Shown here: in pieces, positions 44,719 through 60,508 of the stretch | Layout of the letters: each line of letters begins with the position of its first letter | Position numbering within the stretch: the stretch's first letter is position 1 | Assembly (NCBI RefSeq): GCF_009914755.1 | Contig: NC_060937.1 | DNA from: the human T2T-CHM13v2.0 reference genome, Homo sapiens | Length of the DNA stretch: 64,000 nucleotides | Strand: one strand, 5' to 3' | Made by a program: the position numbers and the translations under genes | The notes under the pieces: generated by a model | Databases searched by the model: none | What the model was told of the DNA's origin: nothing | What the model saw: only the letters and a program-made list of their open reading frames with translations

Positions 44719-45532
44719 TAAACAATACTGCCAAAAAAAATCCTCATGATTTCCCTAAGATAAATCTATTTAGAAAGATCTTTTCAAAGAACCAATTCTG
44801 ACTTTAATTTTCTTGTTTGCTCCTTTTCTTATTGGCTTCCCTTCTCATCTTTCTCTCTTTTTGCTCTCCTTTGAGTTTATAATTTGTTCTTCTTTTTCTA
44901 GTTTTTAAAGAAAGCGTCTTTATTTTAGACCTTTCTATTTTTCTAATGTAAGCATTTAAGCTATAGATTTCTAAGTTATATCACACAAATTTTGATATTT
45001 ATTTTTATTCAGTTTGAAATATTTCCTGATTTTTAAAAATCCTCTTTGTTTACCCTACAGTTTAGAAACGTGTTGTTTAATTTTCAAAGTATGGAGATTC
45101 CCCAGAGAGCTTTCTACTATTGATTTGTGATTGTGGTTAGAGGCCATATGTTATTTCAGTTCCTTTAAATGTGCTGAGACTTGTTGTATGCTATAGATTG
45201 TGGTGTATCTTGTGGAGGGGTCCATGTGCATCTTCACTTGTGGGATGGAGTGTTCCCTAAGTGTCAGCTGTGTCCAGGGGCTTCAGAGTCTTGCTCACAT
45301 CTTGTGTATCACTATTTATTTTCTTTCTCTGTGTTGTATCAATTACTGAGAGAGAAGTATTGACATCTCCAAGTATAATTGCGGGTTTTTCTATTTCAAC
45401 TTGCAGATCTATTAGTTTTCCATTATATATCTGTTATTAAATGCATAAATGCTTAGGATTATCAATTCCTGTTGGTGAGTTGACCCCTTTATCATGATGA
45501 AATGTGCTTTTTTGCCCTTGTAATATTTCTGT

Positions 45533-46538
<1,006 letters not shown>

Positions 46539-46542
46539 CTGA

Positions 46543-46631
46543 CTGGTCTTAAACCCCTGGGCTCAAGTGATCCTCCTGCCTCAGCCTCCCAAAATGCTGA
46601 GATTATAGGTTTGAGCCACTGTGCTGGGCCT
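46543..46631 (-). mobile_element. AluJ/FLAM left-arm 5' fragment
   Basis: CTGGTCTTAAACCCCTGGGCTCAAGTGATCC...CCACTGTGCTGGGCC. Confidence 0.85.
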
Positions 46632-47508
46632 TGATGTGTTTTTAAAAAATATTTTGTTTGGTGATCATTGAGCTTCTGGACCTTTGGGTTTATGGTTTTC
46701 AGCAAATTTGGAAATATTTTTCCACATTGCTTCTTCAGATATTTATGTCCTTTTCCTCTCTAACCCCTTTTTCCCTTGGGACTCCAATTATGTAATGCAT
46801 TAGACCCCCATGAGGTTGTCTCGTAGGTCACCGATGCTCTGTTACTATTTTTCTTCTGGTGCTTCTTTTTGGAGAGTTTCTATTGCTGTCTTCAAATTCA
46901 TGCATCCTTCCCTTTGCAGTGCCTAATCTGCTATTAATCCCACATAGTGTCGTTTTCATTTCAGGTGTTCTAGTTTCCATTACAAATTCAATTCAGCAAG
47001 ACTGCAAGGTTTTTGTTTGAGTTCCCCTCTCACTGTGCTTTGGCTCAGAAATCATTTTCAGCTAGAAAGAGAGTGCGATCCTAGCACTCATTTTGTTTGT
47101 TTCTCTTCTCTTGGGGATTGCTTTTCTATCCTGCCTATTGTTTGATATCAGAAAATAGTTGTTTCCTATCCCTTTTCCTGTTGTCTAGTTGTTAGAGTGG
47201 AATGGCTAGTCTATACCTCCTTACACCCTCATGGTCAGAAACAGAAATCCAATTAGTATTTACTTTGTCGATTTGTGTGGTAAGATAATGTCATTTTAAT
47301 TTCTATTTCCTTGGTAATTGATGTGCAATTTTTTTTGTCTTTTAAGTTAGCTTAGACTTCGTAGGTTCACTACAGTACAGGTTGAGGGAGTCAGTTGCTT
47401 GGATGTCACCTAACATGGAGTTTTGTTTTGTTTTACAATAGTGAAAAGTCACCCCAGACCAAAACCACAGGTGTCCCACTGGGTTCAGTTTTCAGAATCT
47501 CAATGTAG

Positions 47509-47861
<353 letters not shown>

Positions 47862-48523
47862 CTAACCTTCATGAGTTTAAAAAAGTCCACAGGTTTGAGT
47901 GAGAGAACTTGGAGAGCGGGAAGGTCACAACCCAGCTCAGATGGTAGACGCAGGGAATGGAAAAACGGGTGACCACCCACATTCCCCTCTGGCATCGTCC
48001 CACCACCACGGGCTGAGCGCACACAGAGCGGAGGTCATGTCCTGTTCCTTAGGTGCAACAGGGTTGAAGGATTCTCAATCTCTTCTTCACCAAAATACTT
48101 TTTTTTCTATTTAGATGCTTTCCTCTCCTTGTAACATTATGACTGTTTTTTTTATTCCCGCTTGGCTGTGATATTTTTGTGTAAGTCAAATATCAATATA
48201 GTTTTCTTGAGAAAAGCACTATTAAAGATTGATACCCCGTTTCAGGCTGTATTAAGTATACATTAGTAATTCACTGGCTATAAAAGCACTTATAGACACA
48301 GATGTATTTAAGATACATTATTGTATGTTATATTAGACATTTTATATTTCTGGGACGATCTCAAATATTTAAAACAGTAAATATATTTTTTAGCTTCATC
48401 AATAGGTACTGAATTAAGTAGGTAAGGTTGAGGCTTGAAAATGCAACTTTAAACTTTTGAAATTAAACGTTTAATTTTTAAAAACTTAATAGGAAACTTT
48501 TGAATTAAAAATAACTTAGGGTA

Positions 48524-49107
<584 letters not shown>

Positions 49108-49780
49108 GAACTTTTCTTAATGACTCAAGATGGTAAGTGTGAATGCCAGGGATTACATTGTGTCTAAGCAGGGCTGTCTTCATGGCTGGGGTTTTACGGC
49201 TTATGGCCTCGGGATTGGCTTGTGTGCTTTTATTCTTCTGTGCTAGTTCTTGCCTGAGTTGTCATTTCTGACTAGTGACTAGGGTGCCTGCCTGTAGCCA
49301 TTTGTTTTCCTCTATTCGTCCCTAATCTGAGGTGGGGTTGTATCTAGCCTATTAATCTTATTAGAAACAAATGTAAACTAAATATGTGCTTTGCTTCTAA
49401 AGAAAGACTAACGTTCTATAAGAAAAGTGTTTTGATTTTGTGAAGAACTTTCTGAAATGAACTACATTTCTTGACAGGGTTTTTGATTCCTAAGTCCCAG
49501 GAGGTTGGGAAAAGTTTGCCAGAGGGCTAAGAAATAGGCAGGTGAGGTGTTAATACTTAGCTTTAGGGTACAGTGAATTTGGGTACAGATCTGTGTTTTT
49601 TGATAGATTTTCCTGAAGCTGGTATTGAAATTCTGTTTCCTTGTTTAGATACAAGCTATGGGTTTCACTGATGAGTGGGGAGGGCTGTGGCGGGAGGAAA
49701 GGAACTGGTTTGGTAGTTGGCAGCAAAGAAATAGATGAGCGGTAGGATGGTTAGTCATAATGAGGTTGCGACTGCTAAAC

Positions 49781-49870
49781 TGGCACTGTGGAATGTGTCA
49801 CTCTGGAGTGAACTGCATGGTCTCTTGGCACTGTGGAGCATGTCACTCAGGGGCGAACTGCGTGGTCTCT
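49781..49870. repeat. Imperfect 45-bp tandem duplication
   Basis: TGGCACTGTGGA...GAACTGC.TGGTCTCT x2. Confidence 0.88.
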
Positions 49871-50074
49871 TTGCGTTTGGCTCCCTGTGTTGTTTGTGGC
49901 TGGGCTCTCTCTTGGCAGATGTGATGTGTACTTTACTTGCTTTGCCATCGGCATGCCTGTCATCAACCCACCATCTAGCAGTTGCTCAAGTGCTGTTGTC
50001 ATTATTCAAATCAAACTAGAAACTGTCTTTTCATGAGTGTGAACATGTCAGCTGGAGCTAGAGGAGAAGCATCA

Positions 50075-50330
50075 ACTCAGGTCCTCTGCCGAGCAGACAG
50101 AGATGGAGTTAGGAGTAAGAGAGGTTTACTGGGGACAACCTCTCTGAACGATGAAGATGGGGAGGGGGTGGGATTGGGCCCAGAAAGCCTTCATGTGGCG
50201 ACGTTGATCTGATGGCTGTGACAGAAACGAGAGAAGCAAGCAGAGCTGGGCAGGGCAGGTCTCAGACCGCACTGCCCATCCGATGGGACCCTCTCATACT
50301 GGGTTGGCAGTGTAGAGCCAGTGGCACAGT
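50075..50330 (-). mobile_element. ERVL LTR fragment (LTR16-like)
   Basis: GCAGACAGAGATGGAGTTAGGAG...GGTTTACTGGGG...TCAGACCGC. Confidence 0.45.
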
Positions 50331-50351
50331 TGCCTTCTTAACAATGGCTTT

Positions 50352-50664
<313 letters not shown>

Positions 50665-52584
50665 CTACTTGTAGAATTTTAAGAGATACTCTGGTCTTAG
50701 AAGCATCACATTTACTGATCTTCTGTTAGAGTGGCTGGTGTTTCGCATTTTATAAGTAAATCCATTTTGTCTGTAGTTTGCATGGAGTTCCGTTTCAGAG
50801 GGTGTTCCTAAACTCTGGAGGGATATAATCCCTTGATTACTGCTTCTCCCCCTCACTGTCCCCCACAGCAATGTCTCCTGATACAGGGGTGTGGCCCAGC
50901 CTCTGACTGTCAGCACAGAAAAAGGGAGCTCTGGACCTGATACGAGACTCCTTGATTGTGGCCCTCCTTGCTGCTAGTGCGTTGGCAGTGTATGTAGAGT
51001 CGAGTGTGCCATAGACACTCAGCTATGATTCAAGATTGTATGTCAGACATTAGTGAGAGCTTGGCACCGTTCCATCAGGGTTCTGTAATACTTGGCTCAT
51101 TTGTAAGTAGTGCCTTTGGCAGAATGGTGAGCTCTGCCCAGGAGCAGCACAATGCTTTTATTACTTAGGCCTATAATACCTTATCTTCATGGAATTATGG
51201 ATCATAAGGATATCATACTGTACAGGTAGTATATTTGGTTGTATCAACTTATACATTTCATTTCGTAGCTCATTGATATTAAAAGCCTTTCATTCAAGGG
51301 GGGAGCTAATAATTTATACAGCTAGAAATTCAATAAATTCAGGAAGAGTGCCAAGAATGCCAGGCCTCTTGTCTTTCCTATCCCTGCCAAGCAGTCACCT
51401 GCCAGACTCCGTTCATTCCTTTAATCTGCTTCTGAGGTCAATTGCTGCCTCCTTGGCATCCCAGACCCTCTGACTTATAATTAGAGACCCTTCCTTTGTG
51501 GCAACACCTTACCTGATTTGTATCTGTTATAACACATCTTATTCTACTTTCTTGTAATTTTGTACAAGTTTCCACTACTAGATCATTTTGGTTTGTTATA
51601 GTTGGTCTATCAAAATAGTTTTTCCATTCTCTACTCCTTGCCCTCCTCTTCAGAGAAGTGTCGTGCAGGGAAGCAGAGCTAGGAAGGTCTTTCTTTCTTG
51701 TGTGTCTATCTGGCTATGGGGTGGAGGAGAGCACAAACTCAAAGGAGGGGGCACTCTGGGAAGTCCAGACCATAGTTGTTCATGTTGCAGCATATGTGCT
51801 CATGGCTTTGTCTCACTGCACGGGATGTTCTTCTCCATCTTTACCCTTTGCTTTGGAAGCTTTTAGATGAATCCCAGTTGCTGACTTTACAGTAAAAGGC
51901 ATCTTAAATCTCTCCAACCAATCACCCTTTTCCCCAGCTGGAAGTACTCGTCTTTCTCTTAGACTCTGAACATCCATAGCTCTCACTGTCTCCGCTTCTT
52001 CCACTCTCACAGGTGCTAATAATGGTAATATCAGTAGGGCACAGTCCACACTTATACAAGTGGACATCTTGTTAACTGGGAAGGCAGACACATAAGCAGA
52101 ATAATTCTAATGTGGAAAATGCACAGACTGGACTGCTGCACATGGTTACGTTGGTCATGTGAGACTGAGAAATGTGCTTTCTGGAATTGCTGTCTGCCCA
52201 CCTGTGCCTTGGGGCCCTATGCATAGAGGAGGGGGGATCTAACCCAACCCAAGAGTGTGCGACAAGGGAAGACATCTCAGAGGAGAGAAAGCCTGGGCTG
52301 TGTCTTAAGGGGTGAGTAGTAGGCAGGCAGAGAACCGTCGGAGAGGAAGGAAGTCCAGGTGAAAGGAAGCACTCCACATTCGAAGCTGTCTTAGTTATTT
52401 CCACATTGGTCTGTTTCCTCTCCAGACTACAAGTGCTTTGAAAGCAGGGAGAGGGTTTTTTAACTTCTGCGTTATGCACACAGAATGCCCAGAATTTATG
52501 GTGACGGAATGACTTCCTGTCTGCTTGAGCCTTTTTGCCTGCCTCCTTGACTTACTGAATTCTTATACATGTTCCTATCTTAAA

Positions 52585-52812
52585 CAGGGGTGTCCAATCT
52601 TTTGGCTTCCCTGGGCCACATTGGAAGGAGAAGGACTGTCTTGGGCTACCCATAAAATACACTAACACTAACGGCAGCTGATGAGCTAAAAAAAGAAAAC
52701 AATCCCCCAAAAACTCATCATGTTTTAAGAAAGTTTACAAATTTGTGTAGGGCCACGTTCAAAGCCGTTCTGGGCTGCATGTGGCTTGTGGGCCACGAGT
52801 TGGACAAGCTTG
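52585..52812 (+). mobile_element. MER30 hAT-Charlie MITE
   Basis: CAGGGGTGTCCAATCTTTTGGCTTCCCTGGGCCAC...GTTGGACAAGCTTG. Confidence 0.9.
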
Positions 52813-54094
52813 CTCTAGAATACATTAATCTTTAGTATTTGGGACTTGGCCTTTCCTGGCTTAAGCACCCAGTACCATCACTGCTACCACCGCTAAAGCC
52901 TGTGAGTCTGGAATGGCTACTGGGATTTCTTTTTAATGCATAGACTCTAGGAGTATACTTTTATTTTTAACAACCCCACAAAACCTAATAAAGATAAAAG
53001 ATTCAGTTAGTCAACAGATATTTTATTATTTCAGGAAACTCTTTGAAATGCCACTGTCATTTATATAAAGGTCAGATAGATGATTTATGTAGGTAAAAGG
53101 ACATATCAATGATCATATAGATAAGGATCATATTAATGATTCTTATAGTAACAAAAAAATGCACCTGTGGGCATTGAGCTGGTTGCTTCATTACTCCTTG
53201 CCCCATTTTTATTATCTCTAAAAAATTATCTCTAAAAATAAGCATGCTCCTCATATGATTGTTATGAGGATTGGATGGATTTACACATACAGAATGCTTA
53301 GAACAGTGGTAGGCTCAACAATAGTTGTGCTTTTTACCACACTCATCTATGGCACCTTAGTGACATGGCAAAGACAACAAATCGACCTGGCAACCCTGAG
53401 TCGGTTGTGGAGGCCTTGGATTCAGATGATTGCATATGCATCTCTTTGGCAGTGCTCTTGCTTTTTAAAGATTTTCTCATATTTTAAACTTTCTCACTTC
53501 TGTGTCTGAGAAGAAAACGTGATACACAAAATGTCAACTCAACAAGAGAGTTGGGAAAAGCCATCCTACTGGGGAAGTCTATTTTGTGTCAGTGGAGTTG
53601 GGAACAAAAGTGAATGAGCTGGCCTCTGTAGTGACTTGCTCAAATCTGACTGCATGTATTTAGTGGGTTAAGACTGCTGATGGAAGTAGAGCATTGGGTT
53701 CATATGACCAGTGATTGTAAGCAAACAGGACAGGATAATTGGCATGAGAAACTGGGGCTATAGTTGAAGCAAATGAATGTGTTTTTCTCTTGTACTTGAC
53801 TGTTGACTTCCGTCTGCTTGGAGCCTCCACCTCCCCAAGAAAGATTAGAAGGAATGTCAAGAGAAACATCAAGACGTGTTCATCGTATGTCTTTCAAAAA
53901 TAGCAGGATTAGGCAAGCCAGCCTTTTGTTTACGAGGAGACTTTGTAGACTAATTCTTCTTTGTAATACATACAATACTTAATTGTATATATTAATCTGC
54001 CTTATATAGTTATATTATAAATATCTCACACTTACAAGAGTTGGATGGCTTGACTCTCAACATTTTCCACATTAAAGAAGAGATACCTAAGCAG

Positions 54095-54223
54095 GTTTTT
54101 TGTTTTTGAGATGAGGGTCTTTCTGTGTTGCCCATGCTGGCCTTAAACTCTTGGGCTCAAGCAATCCTCCCGCCTCAGCGTCCTGAGTAGCCGGAATTTA
54201 CAGGTGCACTCGCCATGCCCTGC
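54095..54223 (-). mobile_element. FLAM (Alu monomer)
   Basis: Single left-arm-like monomer with T-rich tail. Confidence 0.8.
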
Positions 54224-55104
54224 AGAAGCCGCATGTGTTAGGGCGCACCTGCAATTCCAGCCACTATAATTTTAAGGAGTGTTTGGAATCCAGAAGAATG
54301 GCATGAGGGAAGTGCATTAAAACACTTGCCTGTTTTTGATTTCCAGAAGGTGGAGTGGAAGGCAGGAGGAGGAAAGAAAGCAATGTAATGAGATACACCT
54401 TGATGTTTCTCTCCTTGGGGAAAGTTTTCCCAGTTGGAGAGATGAGGTGTGTGGGATAAGTGAGGATAATACTGAGGAGCAACAGGGAGGTCCCGTTTTC
54501 TTGAACTGCCTACTTGTGCTTCCCATGTGGTCTGGGAGCTAATCTGAAAGCTCCTGGGGCCTCTCTGGGACCTCGCTTGGTAGGGTTGTGGAATGAGGCT
54601 GACAGAAGGTGGCAGAGAGAGCACAGCAGGTGCTGTAGTCTCTGCAGAGGGAGCCCAGGTGAGGCAGAGCCATCTAGGGAACACAGATGCCCTTTGACAA
54701 AGCCAAGCCAGACCAGTCACAGACATAATCCAAATGCCAGCAAGGGGACCAGGGATGTCATTCTGCAGACCAGAGGAGGCAGAAGGCATTTATGTGTAAG
54801 GATCCCAACTATTCCCCATGCCCCCATCTCTACCCTCCATGGATCCAGCACCATTTTCAAGAGAGAAGCCAGAGGACGATGAAGTGATTTGGGAGCTAAA
54901 GCATCCTTATTCAAGGAAGACTGAATACCACTTACTTAAACTTTTCACATTGGACTGAGCTACCAACAAAACTGGACATTTCCATTTTTTCCCAGCTTTC
55001 TATACAGGATGATGCCTTAGGAGGTGGGTCAGATTAGTTGCAGACTAAATTTAAAGAATTGCATTTTTCTCTGTCCACTTAAGACAGAATGCGAAATTTT
55101 GTGT

Positions 55105-55620
55105 TCGCTTGATTCACTCGTCAAACATGTTTACTGAATGCCTTCTGCATCCTATTTCCTGGGGATGCAGAGGTGATGAAGATGAGCATGGGCCCTGCCC
55201 TCCTGGAGCTCCTAGAGAATGTTGGAAGACAGAAAATGAACACACACATTTTATGGAGTGGTATGTCCATGCAAGAAATAATGTGTGGTGTTAGGGAATA
55301 AGTGAGAAGGGGAATGCTGTAGCTAGGGCGTGGTCACAAAGTGCTTCTGTGGGGAAGTGACATTTAAGCTGATGCCTGAGTGACAGGAAGAAGTTAGTTA
55401 GCAAAGACTAGGGAATGACATTCTAGGTGAAGAAAAAGCAAGTACCAGGTCTCTGGAGAAGGAACAGAGCTGATGTCTTGAGGAAAGAAGGTCATCATGG
55501 GTGGGGTTCAGGAGCAGCAGGAGAGGGGTCACTGATGTCACTGGGGAGGTAGGCTGGCTATGGGGTTGGTTGCAGTGAAGCCATGAGCCTTTGGCCAAGC
55601 TGTGTGGGTCTTCAAAATGC
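55105..55620 (-). mobile_element. L2 3' fragment
   Basis: AAACATGTTTACTGAATGCC, GGCCCTGCCCTCCTGGAGCT, GGAAGTGACATTTAAGCTGA. Confidence 0.65.
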
Positions 55621-55629
55621 TTAGGACAA

Positions 55630-56005
<376 letters not shown>

Positions 56006-57476
56006 TCAAAGATGGTGTTCATGCATATCGAATCAGCAATGAGATTTTAAAGCTGGTGTCCCTAACTTGGGCCAGTGTTGGGGTCCTACGAGCAATGGAG
56101 AATGTCTATCCTAGCAACAGAGGAAGTTGCTAAGGAGAAGTAACTGGACTTGTATTTTTAAAACTCAACCAATCCAACCCATATGAAAAATTACTCTGAG
56201 TTGAGTGTTTGAAACATAGCTTTTCTTTTTTGTTGTTGTTTTTGGTTTTAGATATGAAATACATTTCCTTAAAAGCACATTTGTCTTCATTTAATTTACA
56301 GGATAAATTTAATACATCTAAGGTATAAAATGGGTTTTGAGGAACAGAAGCCCAGTGTATATTGCTGTACTTATTGGAAACAAGACTTCAAATTACAGTG
56401 GCTCAACTTTCACCCACTGTGCCGGAGCCAACTAGGTTGTAAATAAAGTATCACCAGCACGTGTCCCTGCTCACATGCAATTACACCTGCAATGCTCTGC
56501 TTTTTCTCTGCACAGCCAAATCATAATCATTCTTATAAGCCTATTTCAAATGGCTTCCTGAATGAAATTGCCCTGTTTCTTTGGCCCCCATTGAGACTGG
56601 CAGCCATCTTTGTGCTTTGAATTTCCACATTTCTTGCTCTCTGTTGCTGTAAAAATGGAAGCTTATGCCCCTCTCCCTACCCACTACTTCACAAAATGCC
56701 TTCTATCCAGGAGGTGCTCAATAACTGAATGCATTCCACACCCAACAATATTTTAAATCATAAAGAATCCATGGCCTGTTACTTCTCTTTTCATCTTCTC
56801 TGATCTGAAACAAAGAAAGAAACCAACAAGTATTTGCAGTAATAAGAAATCCTGACCCATCAGTGTCGCTTTCCCTTTGTGTTTATTTCTTTTGAATTCT
56901 TGGGTAGAAGTGGATTGCAGATGCTAGATTTGGAGAGATGCAGTTTGTGCAAAGGAGGGTCTTGAAAAGGCCTTCGAAATGTGTCTGCCAAGGCTAAAAT
57001 AATCACATTTTGTATTTGCACAGCATTTTCATTGTGTCTGTTTGATTAGGAGAAATAATCAGCCCAGTGCTTCCCCAGTGGCTGAACTGCTTTTGATGTG
57101 CCTGTGTTCTGAGGGATTATAAAACATCTTTGTAAATATGGGGTAGAGGCCATAGTTGAACTTGAAACTCTTTTGAGGAGCGGAATGTATGTGTATATGC
57201 ATGCACACGTGCCTCATGTTACGAAGGCTTTGTAGTGACTGCACTGTTTTCCTAGAGATTTTTCTGGGGGCAAAGAGAAAACTACACTTACATACTTTTC
57301 AAGTACCTAAAACATTAGAAAAAAGACATAACCAACTTCTTAACTCATGTAATAACAGTTTGAATACCTATGTTTACCAGGAAATTTCAGCTAATAGAAA
57401 TTTAAGTGATTATTTCCTTGAGATGGGAGTTGGGATATAATCAGGTTGTGAATTGCAAAAGAACTTAATTTATATA

Positions 57477-57681
57477 AGGGCTCAGCAAACCATGGCCTGT
57501 AAAGTAAGACTGGTTTTTACGTTTTTAAAGATGTGTGAGGAAGAAGAAGAAGGAGAAGAAGAAGAAGGAGGAGGAGGAGGAGGAGGAGGAAGAAGGAGAC
57601 TATGAGATAGAGACCATATGTGGCCACAAAGCCTAAAATATTCACCAACTGACACTTTACAGAAAAATTTGCCAACCCTTG
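57477..57681. mobile_element. MER58B-like MITE with internal (GAA)n/(GGA)n run at 57538-57598
   Basis: GGGCTCAGCAAAC...AAAGCCTAAAATATT...TTTACAGAAAAATTTGCCAACCCTTG. Confidence 0.75.
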
Positions 57682-57904
57682 ATTTATGTAATCGATTTCT
57701 ATTTTGCAGATAAGGAAACCAAGGCTCAGATGGTAGCCTGCTTACCTAAGCTCACAAGAAGCAACCTGTTCTATTAAAGGAGAATCAGATTCAAGTTTCT
57801 GCAGATCTGGCTTCTAATCATATCTTCCATTTGAGCTAATATGGTTTTGTGACTGATAGTAAGGTTTCCCTTTTGGCTCTATCGTTCTAGAGTTCACAGA
57901 GAAA

Positions 57905-58632
57905 TGTGTGCAATGCAGTTCTAACACCAACTACCTGGAGTGAGGTCAGACTTTACAGGTTAAGGGCACAGTCCTCTAGATGATTGTCCATGCTTCAACG
58001 ACCAGCTGCAGGCTGTGGGCTTCCCAGACCACCTGCACATCTGACCAACTGGCTACACATTCAGGGTTTCCTACTACTCCTCAAAGAACTCAGAAAAAAT
58101 GCTACACTTATGGTTACAGTTTTACTACAAAGGGTACCAGTCAGGACCAGCCAATTGGAGATGCAGAGGTTGAGATCCGGGAGGGTCCTGAACATGAAGC
58201 TTCTGTGTCTTCAAGATGTGTCACTTCCTGGCATACTGATGTGAATCACCAACCTGGGAGGCTCCCCTGAGTTTCAGTGTCCACAAGTTTTTATTGGGGT
58301 TTCATTATGTGGGATTATTAATTGGATCATTGGTCACATGAATTCAACCTCCATCCCCCTTTCCCCTTCCCAGAGGTTAGAAGGTCAGGCTTAATCACCC
58401 TGCTGAAACCCCCAACCCTCTAACCACATGATTGGCCTTTCTGGGATGGCTGGACCCCATTCTTAAACCATCTAGCAACCCACCATGAGTCATTATCTTA
58501 GCAGGAACTCAGGTGTGCACAGAGGGGCCCACCATGAATAGCAAAGATACTCCTATCACTGCGAAATTCCAGGGATTTAGAGGCTCCCTTACAGGAACTG
58601 AAGACAAAGACCAGACATATTATTGCACAACA
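57905..58632 (-). mobile_element. MER21-type LTR
   Basis: CACCAACTACCTGGAG...CAGGTTAAGGGCACAGTCC...GAAATTCCAGGGATTTAGAGGCTC...ACAAAGACCAGA. Confidence 0.8.
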
Positions 58633-58713
58633 GTGTCCAAGCCGGGTCTGACTCCACCTTGACTTTTCATTCTGTGCGTAAGGAGCACAGTTACAGACTG
58701 ACTGACGTGGGAC

Positions 58714-58821
58714 GGCCTGTGTGACTGGCGTTGGGAGGAAGACGAGGGTGGCCTGTGTGACTGGCGTTGGGAGGATGATGAGGGTGGCCTGTGTGGCTGG
58801 TGTAGGAAGGAAGATGAAGGT
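58714..58821. repeat. Minisatellite, 36-bp unit x3
   Basis: GGCCTGTGTGACTGGCGTTGGGAGGAAGACGAGGGT; third copy more diverged. Confidence 0.92.
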
Positions 58822-60019
58822 ATTTCTTTCTGAAGTTTTTTTTTTTTTTTTTTTTTGAGATAATGAAACTTTTTTGCCAGGGAAATAACCTAGACATGTC
58901 TCAAGCACCTTTTGGAGTTTTAAACATTTTGAATTAAGTTAGGGTGAAAATACTGCAGTTTGGAGTGAAGGATTTTGTTTCTGTGTTACTTAAGGCAATG
59001 AAACAGTAATAATTTGCCCTTATGCTAACTCTTCTTTCATGTTTAATCCCTTATTTGAAGTTCTTAACTCCCTGACCTATTTAGTTTATGCTTTTATGTA
59101 TGTTACATAAAAGTTATCATAAATAAACTAATATATACATACATATTATTATAATATTTAATGTATTGGAACAAATTTCAAAAACCTGTCAGCATTTTTC
59201 ATTTTCTTCCTCAAAACCATCTCCATGGAATTTGTTTATGCAATGGATAGAAATTAGGTGTTGTCCTCACTTTTACCTGCTCCCCTGACAATGTAAGGTC
59301 CATCATTGTCCTTGCTTCCTCGCCAGTGACTTCCACATTCTTATTGCCACGCACACATTCCAAGTGAGTGAAACGATGAGGAATTTGAGTCATTCAGTAA
59401 AATGAAAAACATGACCAATCATGTGGTTAGAGGGTTGAAAATATGAAAATATATGTTTTGTACAATGAAGTGAACAAAGTGCACGGAGGAGACATCAACC
59501 AGAGAGCTAGAGCTGGTGGAAGGTGAGCTGCTGAGTGAGTGTCCCTCCCCTTCCACCCCCTCATGCTTCTGTGGGTCACTGGTGTATCTACTGTAACTGA
59601 TCTGCTCTCCTCTGCCCTTCCCTGTTCTTCACCTGTCCTCTTATTGCTGGTCTCTGGTGGGCATTCTCTACCATCTCTCTTGATTTCCTAACATTCTGTT
59701 CTTTCTCCAACCCCGGGCAGAAACTCTGAAGGCAGGAGGAGGAGGACAGGGGTGCTTATCTCATTAGTCTTGCACTTCCCACCCACTTTGGGGCTTCATC
59801 AAAACCTACTGGCCCAGATGTTGCTGTGAAGACTTTCCTCTGCCAGATTCAGCCTCCTGGGTCTGGCTTGTAGCATTTAACAGCATCTGTGCTAGATTAT
59901 CTAAAATCCTGGGCACCTGGTGGTGATCTACAGGTGAATAGGAATTTGTCCCTCCTCTTTAACCCTTTTTGCTTTTCCATCTTATAGGGAAAAACAGGTT
60001 CTCTGCATACTGCTTTACC

Positions 60020-60508
60020 ACACTAGTTAAGATACGTGGTTATGAGAAGTTTATAGAATGATCAAGTGGTGGCTCATGGAACCCAAACCCCCTAATGCAG
60101 CTGGGATCTCGGAGAGGACTGGACCTAGGACCCAAAAAACTGCTGCCTCATCTCTATCTAAAAAAAAAAAAAAAAAAAATTCCTTTCTCTGTCTCCTGGT
60201 CCACTCAGAGGGTAGAAGACGGCCATCTAGAGACCTGGTGTGTATATGTTAATAGGTCAGCCATATGCAGAAATGGTCCCTACCAGTTCCCATGTCAAAG
60301 TTCCCAGAAGAGAGACCCTTGGTGGCCCAATTTGGACCAAGTAACCATCCCTGGTCCAAAGAGCTGTAACAAGTAGATGGTATTGCACGGTATGACCTAG
60401 CTGATGGGCTCCCTGGCTTGTATGAGGAAAGAGGTCTGGTTCAAGGGAGACAGAGAAGGGAGCAGCTGGTTCAGCGGCTGGGCAGGTACCTAAAAGGCAC
60501 CTACTACA
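60020..60508 (-). mobile_element. Old MaLR LTR (MLT1J/K/L-like)
   Basis: TGGCCCAATTTGGACCAAG...CCCTGGTCCAA...CTACTACA. Confidence 0.45.

Noticed and set aside
54238-54882. Overlapping 183-aa and 122-aa ORFs in mostly unique sequence
   Set aside because: No recognisable domain or exon structure; overlapping ORFs on both strands are typical of random frames
58714-58821. 36-bp repeats of CRISPR-like length
   Set aside because: Directly tandem with no spacers, no cas genes, primate context
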